The position numbers and the translations under genes were made by a program. Source: Limnoglobus sp. (lineage in GTDB: Bacteria; Planctomycetota; Planctomycetia; Gemmatales; Gemmataceae). From it: a stretch of 41,319 bases of DNA. Of this stretch, positions 23,018-31,732 are shown in pieces. Numbering within the stretch: the stretch's first letter is position 1; each line of letters starts with the position of its first letter. The stretch spans positions 1 through 41,319 of the forward strand of contig JBGSSZ010000674.1 of NCBI GenBank assembly GCA_041736785.1. The letters run 5' to 3'. The notes beneath the pieces are model-generated. The model was not told where the DNA came from and searched no databases. It saw only the letters and a list, made by a program, of their open reading frames with translations.

Positions 23018-26000
23018 TCATCCCTCGAAGCGGAACAGCAGGTCTCCGCCGGCGACTTGGGAGCCATTGCTCACCAGCACCTCGGCGATTGTGCCGGCTT
23101 TGTCAGCATAGAGCGTCGTCTCCATCTTCATCGCCTCCATCACCGCGAGTTTCTGCCCCTTCCCGACTTCGTCGCCGACTTCCACCAGCACGGATGCCAC
23201 CGCACCGGGCATCGGTGCAGCCACATGATTGACGTTACCCGCCTCCGCCTTGCGGGCGGTGACGATGTCCTTCGCTGAGAGGCTGCCATCGAGGACGAAG
23301 ATTTCTCGCGGTTGGCCGTTGAGCTCGAAGAAGACGCCGCGCTTGCCGTCGGGCTGCGGATCGCCAAGCGTGAGGAACTTCATGATCAGCACCTTGCCCG
23401 GCTCGATTTCGATGTTGACCTCTTCCCCCACTTCCAGGCCGTAGAAAAACACCGGCGTCGGCAGCACGCTCACATCGGAATACTTGTGCACGTGGTCGAT
23501 GAACTCGGTGAACACCTTCGGATACATCAGACTCGAAATGACATCCTGCCCCGTCGCCGGATGGTGCAGCTTGTCTTCCAGTGCGCGTGCGGTGGCGTCG
23601 AAGTCCGCCGGAGGCAGAGCGAGACCAGCCCGCTCGGTGAGCGGTTTTTTACCACGAAGCACTTTAGTCTGGAGCTGTGCCGGGAAACCGCCCGGCGGCA
23701 TGCCAAGTTTGCCTTCGAAGAATTCGACGACTGACTCCGGGAACGCGATCTCTTTCTCCGGATTCTGCACTTCGTCAGGTGTGAGCCCGTTCGCGAGCAT
23801 GAACAGTGCCATGTCGCCGACGACTTTGGACGTGGGCGTCACCTTGACGATGTCGCCGAACATGCGGTTCACATCCGCATACATGCGGCAGACCTCCGGC
23901 CAGCGACCCGCGAGGCCCAGCGATTTCGACTGCACCATCAGGTTCGTCGCCTGACCGCCGGGCATCTCGTGCAAATAGACTTCGCTCGAGCTTGCAAGCT
24001 GGCCCGACTCGAACGCGGCGTAGAACGAGCGCACCTCGTCCCAGTAGTACGCCGTGTTCTGGAGGGTGTCGAATTCGAGCTTCGTGTCCCGCGGCGTGAA
24101 GCGGGCCGCCTCAGCCAGCGCATTCAGGCTCGGCTGCGCTGTCACACCCGCGAGCGGTGAAAACGCACAATCCACAATGTCCACACCTTCCTCGGCCGCC
24201 ATGAGATACGACGCGATCTGACCACCGGCGCTGTCGTGCGTATGGAAGTGGATCGGCACGTCGATCTCCGCCCGCAGCGCCTTCACCAACTTGCGAGCCG
24301 CGACGGGCTTCAACAAACCGGCCATGTCCTTAATGGCGAGAAAGTGCGTGCCCATCTTCACTAGCTGCTTCGCGAGATCGACGAAGTAGGTGAGCGTGTA
24401 TTTGTCACGTTTGGGATCGAGAATGTCGCCACTGTAGCAAATCGCGGCCTCGGCGATTCCATCAGTGGCCCGCACGGCTTCAATGGCCATGTTCAGGTTC
24501 GGCAGGTAGTTGCAGGCGTCGAAGATCCGGAAGATGTCCATGCCGGCGTCGGAACTCTCCCGTACAAATGCCTTCACCACGTTGTCGGGATAATTTGAAT
24601 AGCCGACCGCACTCGCTGCCCGCAGCAGCATCTGAAAGAGGATGTTCGGCACACGCTCGCGCAGGCTCGTCAAGCGGTCCCACGGCGACTCTTTCAAGAA
24701 CCGCATCGACGTGTCAAAGGTCGCACCGCCCCACATTTCCAGCGAGAACAGGTCCGCGTGCACACGCGCGTAGCGGTTTGCCACGTGCAGCATGTCGTAG
24801 GTCCGCATGCGCGTCGCCAGCAGGCTCTGATGTGCATCGCGCATGGTCGTGTCGGTGATCAGCAGCCGCGGCTCGGCCCGCACCCATGCAGCAAACTTCT
24901 CGGCTCCAAGCTCCTTGAATCGGTCACGCGACCCCTTCGGCAATCCGGCCGGTTTCGTGGACGTGAGTTGCCCCACCTCGACATTGTGGAACGGCACTTC
25001 ACCGCTGCCGGGATGGAGCTCGGGCTTCGGTTTCCCTTTCACTTCCGGATGTCCGTTGACGATCACCTCCGCGAGATAGCCGAGCAGTTTCGAGGCCCGA
25101 TCACGCCGCTCGGGAAATTGGAACAACTCCGGCGACTCATCGAGAAACCGCGTCGTCACCGAGCCGTCGAGAAACTTTGGATGCAGCACCAGGTTCAGCA
25201 GGAACGGGATATTGGTCTTCACGCCGCGGACGCGGAACTCCTGCAGCGACCGCTCCAGGCGACGGGCCGCGTCCTGAAATCGCAGCCCGCTCGCTGTGAG
25301 CTTGACGAGTAGCGAGTCATAGTATGGTGTGATGACAGCCCCGCCGAACGCAGTCCCCGCGTCGAGCCGGATGCCAGCCCCGCTGGCGCTGCGATACGCA
25401 CTGAGACGGCCGTAGTCGGGCACGAAGCCGTTGGCAGGGTCTTCGGTCGTGATGCGGGCCTGAATCGCGAAGCCCTGGCAGTGGACTTTGCTCTGATCAC
25501 CCAGGCCGATTTCGGGATCGCTCAACGGTAGACCGCTGGCGATAAGAATCTGCGTGCGGACAATGTCGTAGCCCGTCACGGCTTCGGTGACGGTGTGCTC
25601 GACCTGAATCCGTGGGTTGACCTCGATGAAGTAGAACTCGCCGGTGTCGGAGTCGACAAGGAATTCGACGGTGCTGGCGTTGTCGATGCCTACGGTGCGT
25701 CCGATGCGAAGAGCCGCGTCGAGAATACCCTGCCGCGTGGCGTCGGGGAGGTTCGGCGCGGGGGCGAGTTCGACCACCTTTTGATGCCGCCGCTGCACGG
25801 AGCAATCGCGTTCGTAGAGGTGCACGAGTCCGCCGTGCTGGTCGCCGAGGATCTGCACTTCGATGTGCTTGGCCCGGCTGACGAATTTTTCGAGGAAGAC
25901 GCTGGGATCGCCGAAGGCGTTGCCGGCTTCACGGGCACACTGCGTCAGGGCGTCTTCGAGCTTCTCCTCGCTGTGCACCACACGCATACCACGGCCTCCG

Positions 26001-26515
26001 CCGCTCATGCTGGCTTTCACCATGACCGGATAGCCGAGTTTCTTCGCGAGTATTTTAGCGTCGGCAGGATTGCTGATCGGTGCATCGCTGCCGCTCAAGA
26101 CCGGGGCTGAGGCTTTGGTCGCGATGTGGCGGGCCGCAACTTTGTCACCGAGGCTTTGCAGGATCTTCGGGTTCGGGCCAACGAAGGCGATTCCTGCTTC
26201 GGCACACGCTTCGGCGAACGCGGCGTTCTCGCTCAGGAAGCCGTAGCCGGGATGGATCGCGTCGACGCCGATCTCTTTGGCGAGTCGCACGATGCCAGGT
26301 ATGTCGAGATAGGCACGGATCGGTTCGCCGGGCTTACCGACGCGATAAGCTTCATCCGCCTTGAAGCGATGCAGCGCGAAGCGATCCTCGTGGCTGTAGA
26401 TAGCGACCGTGCGAATCCCGAGTTCGTGAGCACTGCGGAAGATGCGAATGGCAATCTCGCTGCGGTTGGCAACGAGGAGCTTCCGGAACGGAGGCGTCGG
26501 AGCGAGCGTGGTCAT
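23018..26515 (-). CDS. pyc: Pyruvate carboxylase (single-chain, 1165 aa)
   Basis: Biotin carboxylase N-terminus (KLLVANRSEIAIRIFRSAHELGIRTVAIYSHEDRFALHRFKADEAY), a carboxyltransferase HMGL-like core (DTTMRDAHQSLLATR) and a C-terminal biotinyl domain with AMKMET. Confidence 0.97.
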   Translation of the reverse strand: MTTLAPTPPFRKLLVANRSEIAIRIFRSAHELGIRTVAIYSHEDRFALHRFKADEAYRVGKPGEPIRAYLDIPGIVRLAKEIGVDAIHPGYGFLSENAAFAEACAEAGIAFVGPNPKILQSLGDKVAARHIATKASAPVLSGSDAPISNPADAKILAKKLGYPVMVKASMSGGGRGMRVVHSEEKLEDALTQCAREAGNAFGDPSVFLEKFVSRAKHIEVQILGDQHGGLVHLYERDCSVQRRHQKVVELAPAPNLPDATRQGILDAALRIGRTVGIDNASTVEFLVDSDTGEFYFIEVNPRIQVEHTVTEAVTGYDIVRTQILIASGLPLSDPEIGLGDQSKVHCQGFAIQARITTEDPANGFVPDYGRLSAYRSASGAGIRLDAGTAFGGAVITPYYDSLLVKLTASGLRFQDAARRLERSLQEFRVRGVKTNIPFLLNLVLHPKFLDGSVTTRFLDESPELFQFPERRDRASKLLGYLAEVIVNGHPEVKGKPKPELHPGSGEVPFHNVEVGQLTSTKPAGLPKGSRDRFKELGAEKFAAWVRAEPRLLITDTTMRDAHQSLLATRMRTYDMLHVANRYARVHADLFSLEMWGGATFDTSMRFLKESPWDRLTSLRERVPNILFQMLLRAASAVGYSNYPDNVVKAFVRESSDAGMDIFRIFDACNYLPNLNMAIEAVRATDGIAEAAICYSGDILDPKRDKYTLTYFVDLAKQLVKMGTHFLAIKDMAGLLKPVAARKLVKALRAEIDVPIHFHTHDSAGGQIASYLMAAEEGVDIVDCAFSPLAGVTAQPSLNALAEAARFTPRDTKLEFDTLQNTAYYWDEVRSFYAAFESGQLASSSEVYLHEMPGGQATNLMVQSKSLGLAGRWPEVCRMYADVNRMFGDIVKVTPTSKVVGDMALFMLANGLTPDEVQNPEKEIAFPESVVEFFEGKLGMPPGGFPAQLQTKVLRGKKPLTERAGLALPPADFDATARALEDKLHHPATGQDVISSLMYPKVFTEFIDHVHKYSDVSVLPTPVFFYGLEVGEEVNIEIEPGKVLIMKFLTLGDPQPDGKRGVFFELNGQPREIFVLDGSLSAKDIVTARKAEAGNVNHVAAPMPGAVASVLVEVGDEVGKGQKLAVMEAMKMETTLYADKAGTIAEVLVSNGSQVAGGDLLFRFEG

Positions 26516-26532
26516 CGGGTATCCTGATTACG

Positions 26533-26575
26533 AAAAAAGCCCGGCTGGTGTTTTCTATGAACACCACGCCGGGCT
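26533..26575 (-). terminator. Rho-independent terminator downstream of the DUF1573 gene
   Basis: The minus strand reads agcccggcgtggtgtt-cauagaa-aacaccagccgggcu followed by UUUUUU. That is a 15-bp stem with one bulge and a 6-U tract. It lies 21 nt after the DUF1573 stop and ends 17 nt upstream of the pyc ATG. Confidence 0.7.
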
Positions 26576-26596
26576 TCCGATTCGATTCCAAAGCGT

Positions 26597-27583
26597 TTAC
26601 TTCTTCGGGACCATTGCCGTGATCGGGATCGACAGACTGGGCATGTCTTTGTTGTCAGTCAGGATTTCGAGCGACTTGGTCAGATCGCCACTCTCCTTGG
26701 GAGTGATGGTGATCGTGAGCGTGTGGACCGGGCGGGATTCCTCGCTGCTGGCCTTCACGCTCAGGATGTCGTCCACACCTTTGACTTGCAACACCTTGAA
26801 CGCTTGCGTCCCCGTCAGCAGAATGCGGGTCTGCGATTCTTTGCCGACTGCGAGATCGTTGAAATTCACTGAACCTGGAGTCACGCTGATGGGATGCACG
26901 ACATTGACGGCGATCGGGATCATGATGCGTTCGATCCCAGGAGTGTTGGTCTTGAGCCAGACCTCCGAAGCCCAGTTACCGACGGCACACTTGTTGTCCA
27001 GCGTCGTTGTCACTTCATAGGTGGTCGTCGTGGGTGTCTGGTCGATCAGCTTGAGCTCGGGTTTGAGGAACTTTCCGGAGGCCACGACTTCATTGATGGC
27101 GAACTGCGGATGGTTGAACAGCGTGACCTTGACGGTCGATTTTGCTTCCTTGCCCTGCTTTACGGTGCCGAACTCCTGCTTGTCGGGCGTCATCACCAAA
27201 TCGTCGCGCGTGATGGTGCGGACCTTGAGCATCACTTCTTCCATGATCGGCCCATGAAATGGCACGTAGACAATCACTTCTTTGAGCACGTTCGCGTGCG
27301 GGATCCGCCGCGTGTCCATCATGGCCCGCACGGCTGTGCTTTGGCCGGGCTGGAGCACATTTTGCAGCACTGTCGCTGCGACGCAACCACACGACACGCG
27401 GGCTTGACCGAGATGCACGACCTGCTTGGTGTTGTTGGTGACCCAGAAGTAGTGCTGAAGTTGCGAGCCGCGCGCGGAGGTGCCGAAGTCTTTCTCAAAC
27501 TCGGTGAAGAAATCGCGGGCCCCGGCGCTCGCAGGCAGTGCGGCGACGGCCACCAAAAGTATCCCCCAGAACATTCGTACCAT
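26597..27583 (-). CDS. Secreted DUF1573-domain protein (paralogue of 1637-2608)
   Basis: Signal peptide MVRMFWGILLVAVAALPASAGA, then the DUF1573 block (HYFWVTNNTKQVVHLGQARVSCGCVAATV). Confidence 0.8.
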   Translation of the reverse strand: MVRMFWGILLVAVAALPASAGARDFFTEFEKDFGTSARGSQLQHYFWVTNNTKQVVHLGQARVSCGCVAATVLQNVLQPGQSTAVRAMMDTRRIPHANVLKEVIVYVPFHGPIMEEVMLKVRTITRDDLVMTPDKQEFGTVKQGKEAKSTVKVTLFNHPQFAINEVVASGKFLKPELKLIDQTPTTTTYEVTTTLDNKCAVGNWASEVWLKTNTPGIERIMIPIAVNVVHPISVTPGSVNFNDLAVGKESQTRILLTGTQAFKVLQVKGVDDILSVKASSEESRPVHTLTITITPKESGDLTKSLEILTDNKDMPSLSIPITAMVPKK

Positions 27584-27794
27584 GATGCGTCCCCCTGTGA
27601 ATTACAGCCGACGGTCCCCGTACTTGCCGGCTGTGAATCCTGATGTCAGATTATCTGAACTTAGAACGGGTTCCCATGACAATTCCGCCTGTCCGTGCAC
27701 TATTGCAATTTCCCGGACCCTGCCGCGACGGGCTCAAGCCACACACATGCACAACTTCGACTTATCGTTACAGTTTATAGCACGAGTCAAGTCG

Positions 27795-28526
27795 CTATCC
27801 GTGTGCAAGCACGGCGACATCCACACGTCCCGCACCGCTTTTCCTCAAGGTCTGGGCTGCGGCATTGGCCGTTGCACCTGTCGTCATGACATCGTCGACC
27901 AAAAGGATTCGCAAATCTGGTGCCAGCGACCGCCGGCCGACGGAAAAGGCACCCTTCACATTCTCCTTTCGGGCAGCGGCGGTGAGCCCCGATTGCTTCG
28001 CTGTGTTCCGGATCCGCCGCAAGCAGCGCGGCTGACAGGGAACACGCAAGCCGCGAGCGATGGCTTCCGCCAGGGCCTGCGCCTGGTTGTAGCCGCGTCG
28101 CAGGCGACGCGTGAAGTGAAGCGGCACCGGCACCACAACATTGGGATTCAAGGCCAGAAACCGATCCCGGTGCTGTGCGAACCAGACCCGTCCCAGAGTT
28201 TCTGCCAGCGACTCGCCATGCAAGGATTTCATCCTCAAGACCGCGTCCCTGAGTTTGTAATCGTAGAGGCCAAGCCGCATGACCGATGAAAAATGGAAGG
28301 TCTGATTATAACAGCGTGTGCATCCGTTCGAGACATCGAGCCCGATGCCGACCGTGCAACCGCAGCGGGGACAGGCAGGAAGTAGGTCAGTGATGAGAGC
28401 TGTATTGCACTGTTCACAGAGCATTGCAGTTCGCGGGGTCTCATCCAACGGCAGAGCACACAGCAGACATTCCGGCGGATAGATCGCGTCAAGGACCGTC
28501 GTCCAGAGTGTGTGCAGGACAGGCAT
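27795..28526 (-). CDS. comF: ComF-family phosphoribosyltransferase-like protein
   Basis: N-terminal 4-Cys zinc finger (PPECLLCA..CEQC..CPRCG..CTRC) and a C-terminal PRTase motif (ILLVDDVMTTGATANAAAQTLRKSGA). Start chosen at ATG 28526 (MPVLHTLWTTVLDAIYPPEC). The longer track ORF has an implausible Cys/Trp-rich extension. Confidence 0.8.
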   Translation of the reverse strand: MPVLHTLWTTVLDAIYPPECLLCALPLDETPRTAMLCEQCNTALITDLLPACPRCGCTVGIGLDVSNGCTRCYNQTFHFSSVMRLGLYDYKLRDAVLRMKSLHGESLAETLGRVWFAQHRDRFLALNPNVVVPVPLHFTRRLRRGYNQAQALAEAIARGLRVPCQPRCLRRIRNTAKQSGLTAAARKENVKGAFSVGRRSLAPDLRILLVDDVMTTGATANAAAQTLRKSGAGRVDVAVLAHG

Positions 28527-28594
28527 GGGGCGAATTGTATGCTGGAGGCAACATCGCACACACTTGGCGAGTTGTGCCAATACCCACCAAGGCT

Positions 28595-28762
28595 TCACCG
28601 GCCAATGAGTAGCCAGGCCACTGCCGAGGAACCGAAAATGAAGAGTGAAAGTAGTAGCTCCGCGACAACAATCCTTTTGAAAAACCACTCTGTTTCCGAG
28701 TTTTCCTGACTCTGCATGCTGGTGCGTAGCTCTTGCATCCTGGCTGTTTGCTGGACATTCAT
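28595..28762 (-). CDS. Possible small membrane protein (55 aa)
   Basis: MNVQQTARMQELRTSMQSQENSETEWFFKRIVVAELLLSLFIFGSSAVAWLLIGR has a polar N-terminus and one clear TM helix. AGGGG lies about 9 nt upstream. No homology recognised. Confidence 0.3.
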   Translation of the reverse strand: MNVQQTARMQELRTSMQSQENSETEWFFKRIVVAELLLSLFIFGSSAVAWLLIGR

Positions 28763-28902
28763 CGCATCGCCCCTGAAAGGCAGTCCTTTCAAGCTAACTG
28801 CCAATTGTGACTTTCACAAGGGGCAGGCAACTGCGGCCATCCAAAATCATAGGAGTGCTACGGGTCAGTAACGAGTCGGAGTACTTTTGGAGCAGGTACG
28901 GC

Positions 28903-30618
28903 CTACGCAGACTGGCGTTCCGCAAGCGGCTGCAGATCGGCTTGCGGCAGCGAAAGGATGAACCGCGTCGGGCCATCGTCGCGACGATCGAAGCGGATTG
29001 TGCCGTTGTTCTGCTGAGCGCACTGCCACGCGGTGGAGAGCCCAAGCCCGCGGCCTCGACCCGCATCGCGACCGGAGTAAAACGGATCGAACAGGTGCGG
29101 CACGATTTCGGGTGCCGGACCCGGGCCGGTGTCTTCGACGACGATTTCGACATTGGCCCCACGCACGCGGCTGAAGAGCCTGACCACACCGCCAGTGGGC
29201 GTCACGTCCAAAGCGTTACGTACCAGATTGCTGATCGCCTTGCGGATCTGCTGCGGGTCCGCGGTGACATGGACAGTCGCCGCTGCCACACGCAGCGAGA
29301 CCGCCTTGATGGCGGCGATCGGGTCCGCTTCTCGCTCGACCGCGTGGAACAAATCGTTGACAGCAAAGGTGACCGGATTCGCAGCCGATGGCCGGGCATA
29401 TTGCATGAGATCCTTCAGCAGATCCGCCACGCGATGGGTCTGGCGATGGATGATGTCGAGCGAACGCTGTCGCGATTCATCGCTCTCGCGGGCACGCAGC
29501 CATTGGGCGTTGCCACTGATGACGGCGAGCGGATTGTTGATCTCGTGCCCAGCCCCGGCTGCAAGCTCGGCCAAGGCCGCCAGCTTGGCATCGCGAAGCT
29601 GGATGTCAAACTCGTCTCGTGCGGTTTGAAGGGTCGATTGGAGCGAGTCTATCCTAGCTTCGAGTTCACCCACCCTGCTCTGCCCCGACGCACGCAGTGC
29701 CTGGGCAGTGTTGGTGAGCAGCGATTTGAGCAGCGGCACCCGACGCGGATCGGCGCTGGCGGCAAGTCCGTGCGAGGTGAATTCCGCCGCGGGTGCTTCG
29801 CCGATTTCGCGGAGTACGCTCCGTAGTCGCGGGCCAATCAGGCCATAGTAGTCGCTCTCCGCAGCCGCGATGGCAAACCGCACGACTTTGCTGAGAGCCG
29901 CGTCCGCACCCAGACGTGCTGCATCAGCGAGAGGAAGCCGCAAGGTGGCCAATGTGTTCGACAGCCACGAGGGAAGCCGCCAGCGGTGCAGTAGTCGCCG
30001 CATCAGGGCGTCCACACTCATGCCGAGGAGTTCACTTTCGACGATGGCCGGTTCGGTGGCGAAGTCCTCTTTCTCGCGACAGGCTTCGGCCGCATGAGGA
30101 TCGATGGTGGCAATTGCGAGCCAACCGAACGGCGCAAGCAGACCCGCAGCCCGTGCCGCAGCGGGCGGGCAGGTACCGCTCACGGCAGCCAGTGATTCCG
30201 CTTTCGCAGCGATTGTCCGTGAATAGTTCAGAATTCGCGAGACTTCCGGCTGCGTAGGATCGCACCAGCCATCGGTGTCGAGATAGGTCGCTACCGCTTC
30301 AAGGACTGAAGACTGTCGAAACGTGGCGTCTGCAATGGAGAGAGATTCGGCGGTCGGCGAAGGCCTCAAGAAACGCAGCAGGAGCAGCAGGCAGGCGGGA
30401 TCGTTGACGAACTGTGCCGCGGAGTCGGATGTCAGAGCGGCCAGACGCGGAGCACTGGGGCTGAGCCAGGCCAGCGTCGCGGCGCGATGTGCAACAGACC
30501 CGTCGGCCACCGCGCACCTCTCAAACAGCGTTTTGTAGGTCGTGCCGAGTATGGAGGCACGACCTACAAGAAAACTACTTAAACCAGCGCCGGTGCTTCC
30601 AACTCCAGTTGAGCGCAC
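28903..30618 (-). CDS. Cytoplasmic sensor histidine kinase with an N-terminal HDOD-like domain
   Basis: H-box (ELAAGAGHEINNPLAVISGNAQWL). HATPase_c N, G1 and G2 boxes (LVRNALDV, VEDTGPGP, GRGRGLGLS). No TM segments. The N-terminal region fits the HDOD pattern (..ESELLGMSVDALMRRLLHRWRLPSWLSNTLATL). The GTG start at 30618 overlaps the regulator gene by 40 nt, so the start is uncertain. Confidence 0.85.
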   Translation of the reverse strand: MRSTGVGSTGAGLSSFLVGRASILGTTYKTLFERCAVADGSVAHRAATLAWLSPSAPRLAALTSDSAAQFVNDPACLLLLLRFLRPSPTAESLSIADATFRQSSVLEAVATYLDTDGWCDPTQPEVSRILNYSRTIAAKAESLAAVSGTCPPAAARAAGLLAPFGWLAIATIDPHAAEACREKEDFATEPAIVESELLGMSVDALMRRLLHRWRLPSWLSNTLATLRLPLADAARLGADAALSKVVRFAIAAAESDYYGLIGPRLRSVLREIGEAPAAEFTSHGLAASADPRRVPLLKSLLTNTAQALRASGQSRVGELEARIDSLQSTLQTARDEFDIQLRDAKLAALAELAAGAGHEINNPLAVISGNAQWLRARESDESRQRSLDIIHRQTHRVADLLKDLMQYARPSAANPVTFAVNDLFHAVEREADPIAAIKAVSLRVAAATVHVTADPQQIRKAISNLVRNALDVTPTGGVVRLFSRVRGANVEIVVEDTGPGPAPEIVPHLFDPFYSGRDAGRGRGLGLSTAWQCAQQNNGTIRFDRRDDGPTRFILSLPQADLQPLAERQSA

Positions 30619-31160
30619 ATGCGTTCAATGAGCATGTCCACGTCAAAGGGTTTGTGCACGAAATCGTCGGCACCCGCGAGCTTGAGCTCGGCGATCTTGT
30701 CATCCTCGACCATGCCCGAGATGCAGATGATCCGCACCTCTTCGAGATTGGGGTCGGCCCGCACGCGGTGGCAGACTTCCTTGCCGTTGATGTCCGGAAG
30801 CATCACGTCGAGCACGATCAGATCCGGGCGATATTCCTTGACCATCATGCCGGCGTCGAAGCCGTTGGCCGCCATCTTGACCTCAAAGCGCCCGTCGTCG
30901 AGCAGGGCGCGGTTGAGGAGTTCGACGATTTCCGGATCGTCGTCAACGAGCAGCACCTTGCGCTTGCCGCTTTCCAGGGCGTCGGTCGGGATGCCGTTGT
31001 CCCGCATGAAGCGGTAGAGGGCTTCCCGCGGGATGCGGCGGAACTTGCTGCCGGGGACCCGGAAGCCCTTGAGTTGCCCGTTATCGAAGCAACGAATGAT
31101 AGTTTGCTGGCTGACCTTGCAGATCTTGGCCGCCTCGCCAGTCGTGAACACCGTCTTCAT
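30579..31160 (-). CDS. Response regulator with an N-terminal excisionase/MerR-type HTH and a C-terminal receiver domain
   Basis: HTH (MKTVFTTGEAAKICKVSQQTIIRCFDNGQLKGFRVPGSKFRRIPREALYRFM) followed by REC (KVLLVDDDPEIVELL..PDLIVLDVMLPDINGKEVC..ISGM..K). Start chosen at ATG 31160. Confidence 0.85.
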   Translation of the reverse strand: MKTVFTTGEAAKICKVSQQTIIRCFDNGQLKGFRVPGSKFRRIPREALYRFMRDNGIPTDALESGKRKVLLVDDDPEIVELLNRALLDDGRFEVKMAANGFDAGMMVKEYRPDLIVLDVMLPDINGKEVCHRVRADPNLEEVRIICISGMVEDDKIAELKLAGADDFVHKPFDVDMLIERMCAQLELEAPALV

Positions 31161-31732
31161 ACGCGTTACCTTTGCCGGCTCTGCCGACTCGCATGAAGGA
31201 GGCCCGCATGACGCCGCATCCAGCGACATCAACCGAACCGGGATCCGTTCCCTGTGCCAGAGCAATGGTCACGTGTGGCGGACGGGAAACTGTGCTGAGT
31301 ATCGCGAGTGGCGAACTCGAACACGACCAACTGTAACCGGCAATCCTTGCCCGGCCAAGCGACTCGACTGCAAGCTCGCAGCTTTCGCTGCTTCCAAGAC
31401 AGTCTCAGTCCATCGGACCTGATCAGTTTGCCGACACCGTCGATCCCTCAGTTTCGTTCGTCCTTGCCTTGCGTGTCCAATCGCCGTGGCGCTTCCGGGG
31501 TGATCCGCGATCCGTGGAAAGATCGGCCTCCCAGGTTCCGAACATTGCTCATCTTGCCAAACTTGTGCAGTCTGCGGAAGAGCAAGCGGTCCCCAAGTCG
31601 GCAGAATCCTCACGAGTGTCGGATTTCCCCCGGGCACAGAGGGGGCAAGATGCTCCACTCTGGCGGTTTGCCGGTGCTGGTTTACCGCAGTCCGCGGCTC
31701 CTGCCCCAACCGGCAGGCCGGCGTATAACGTC

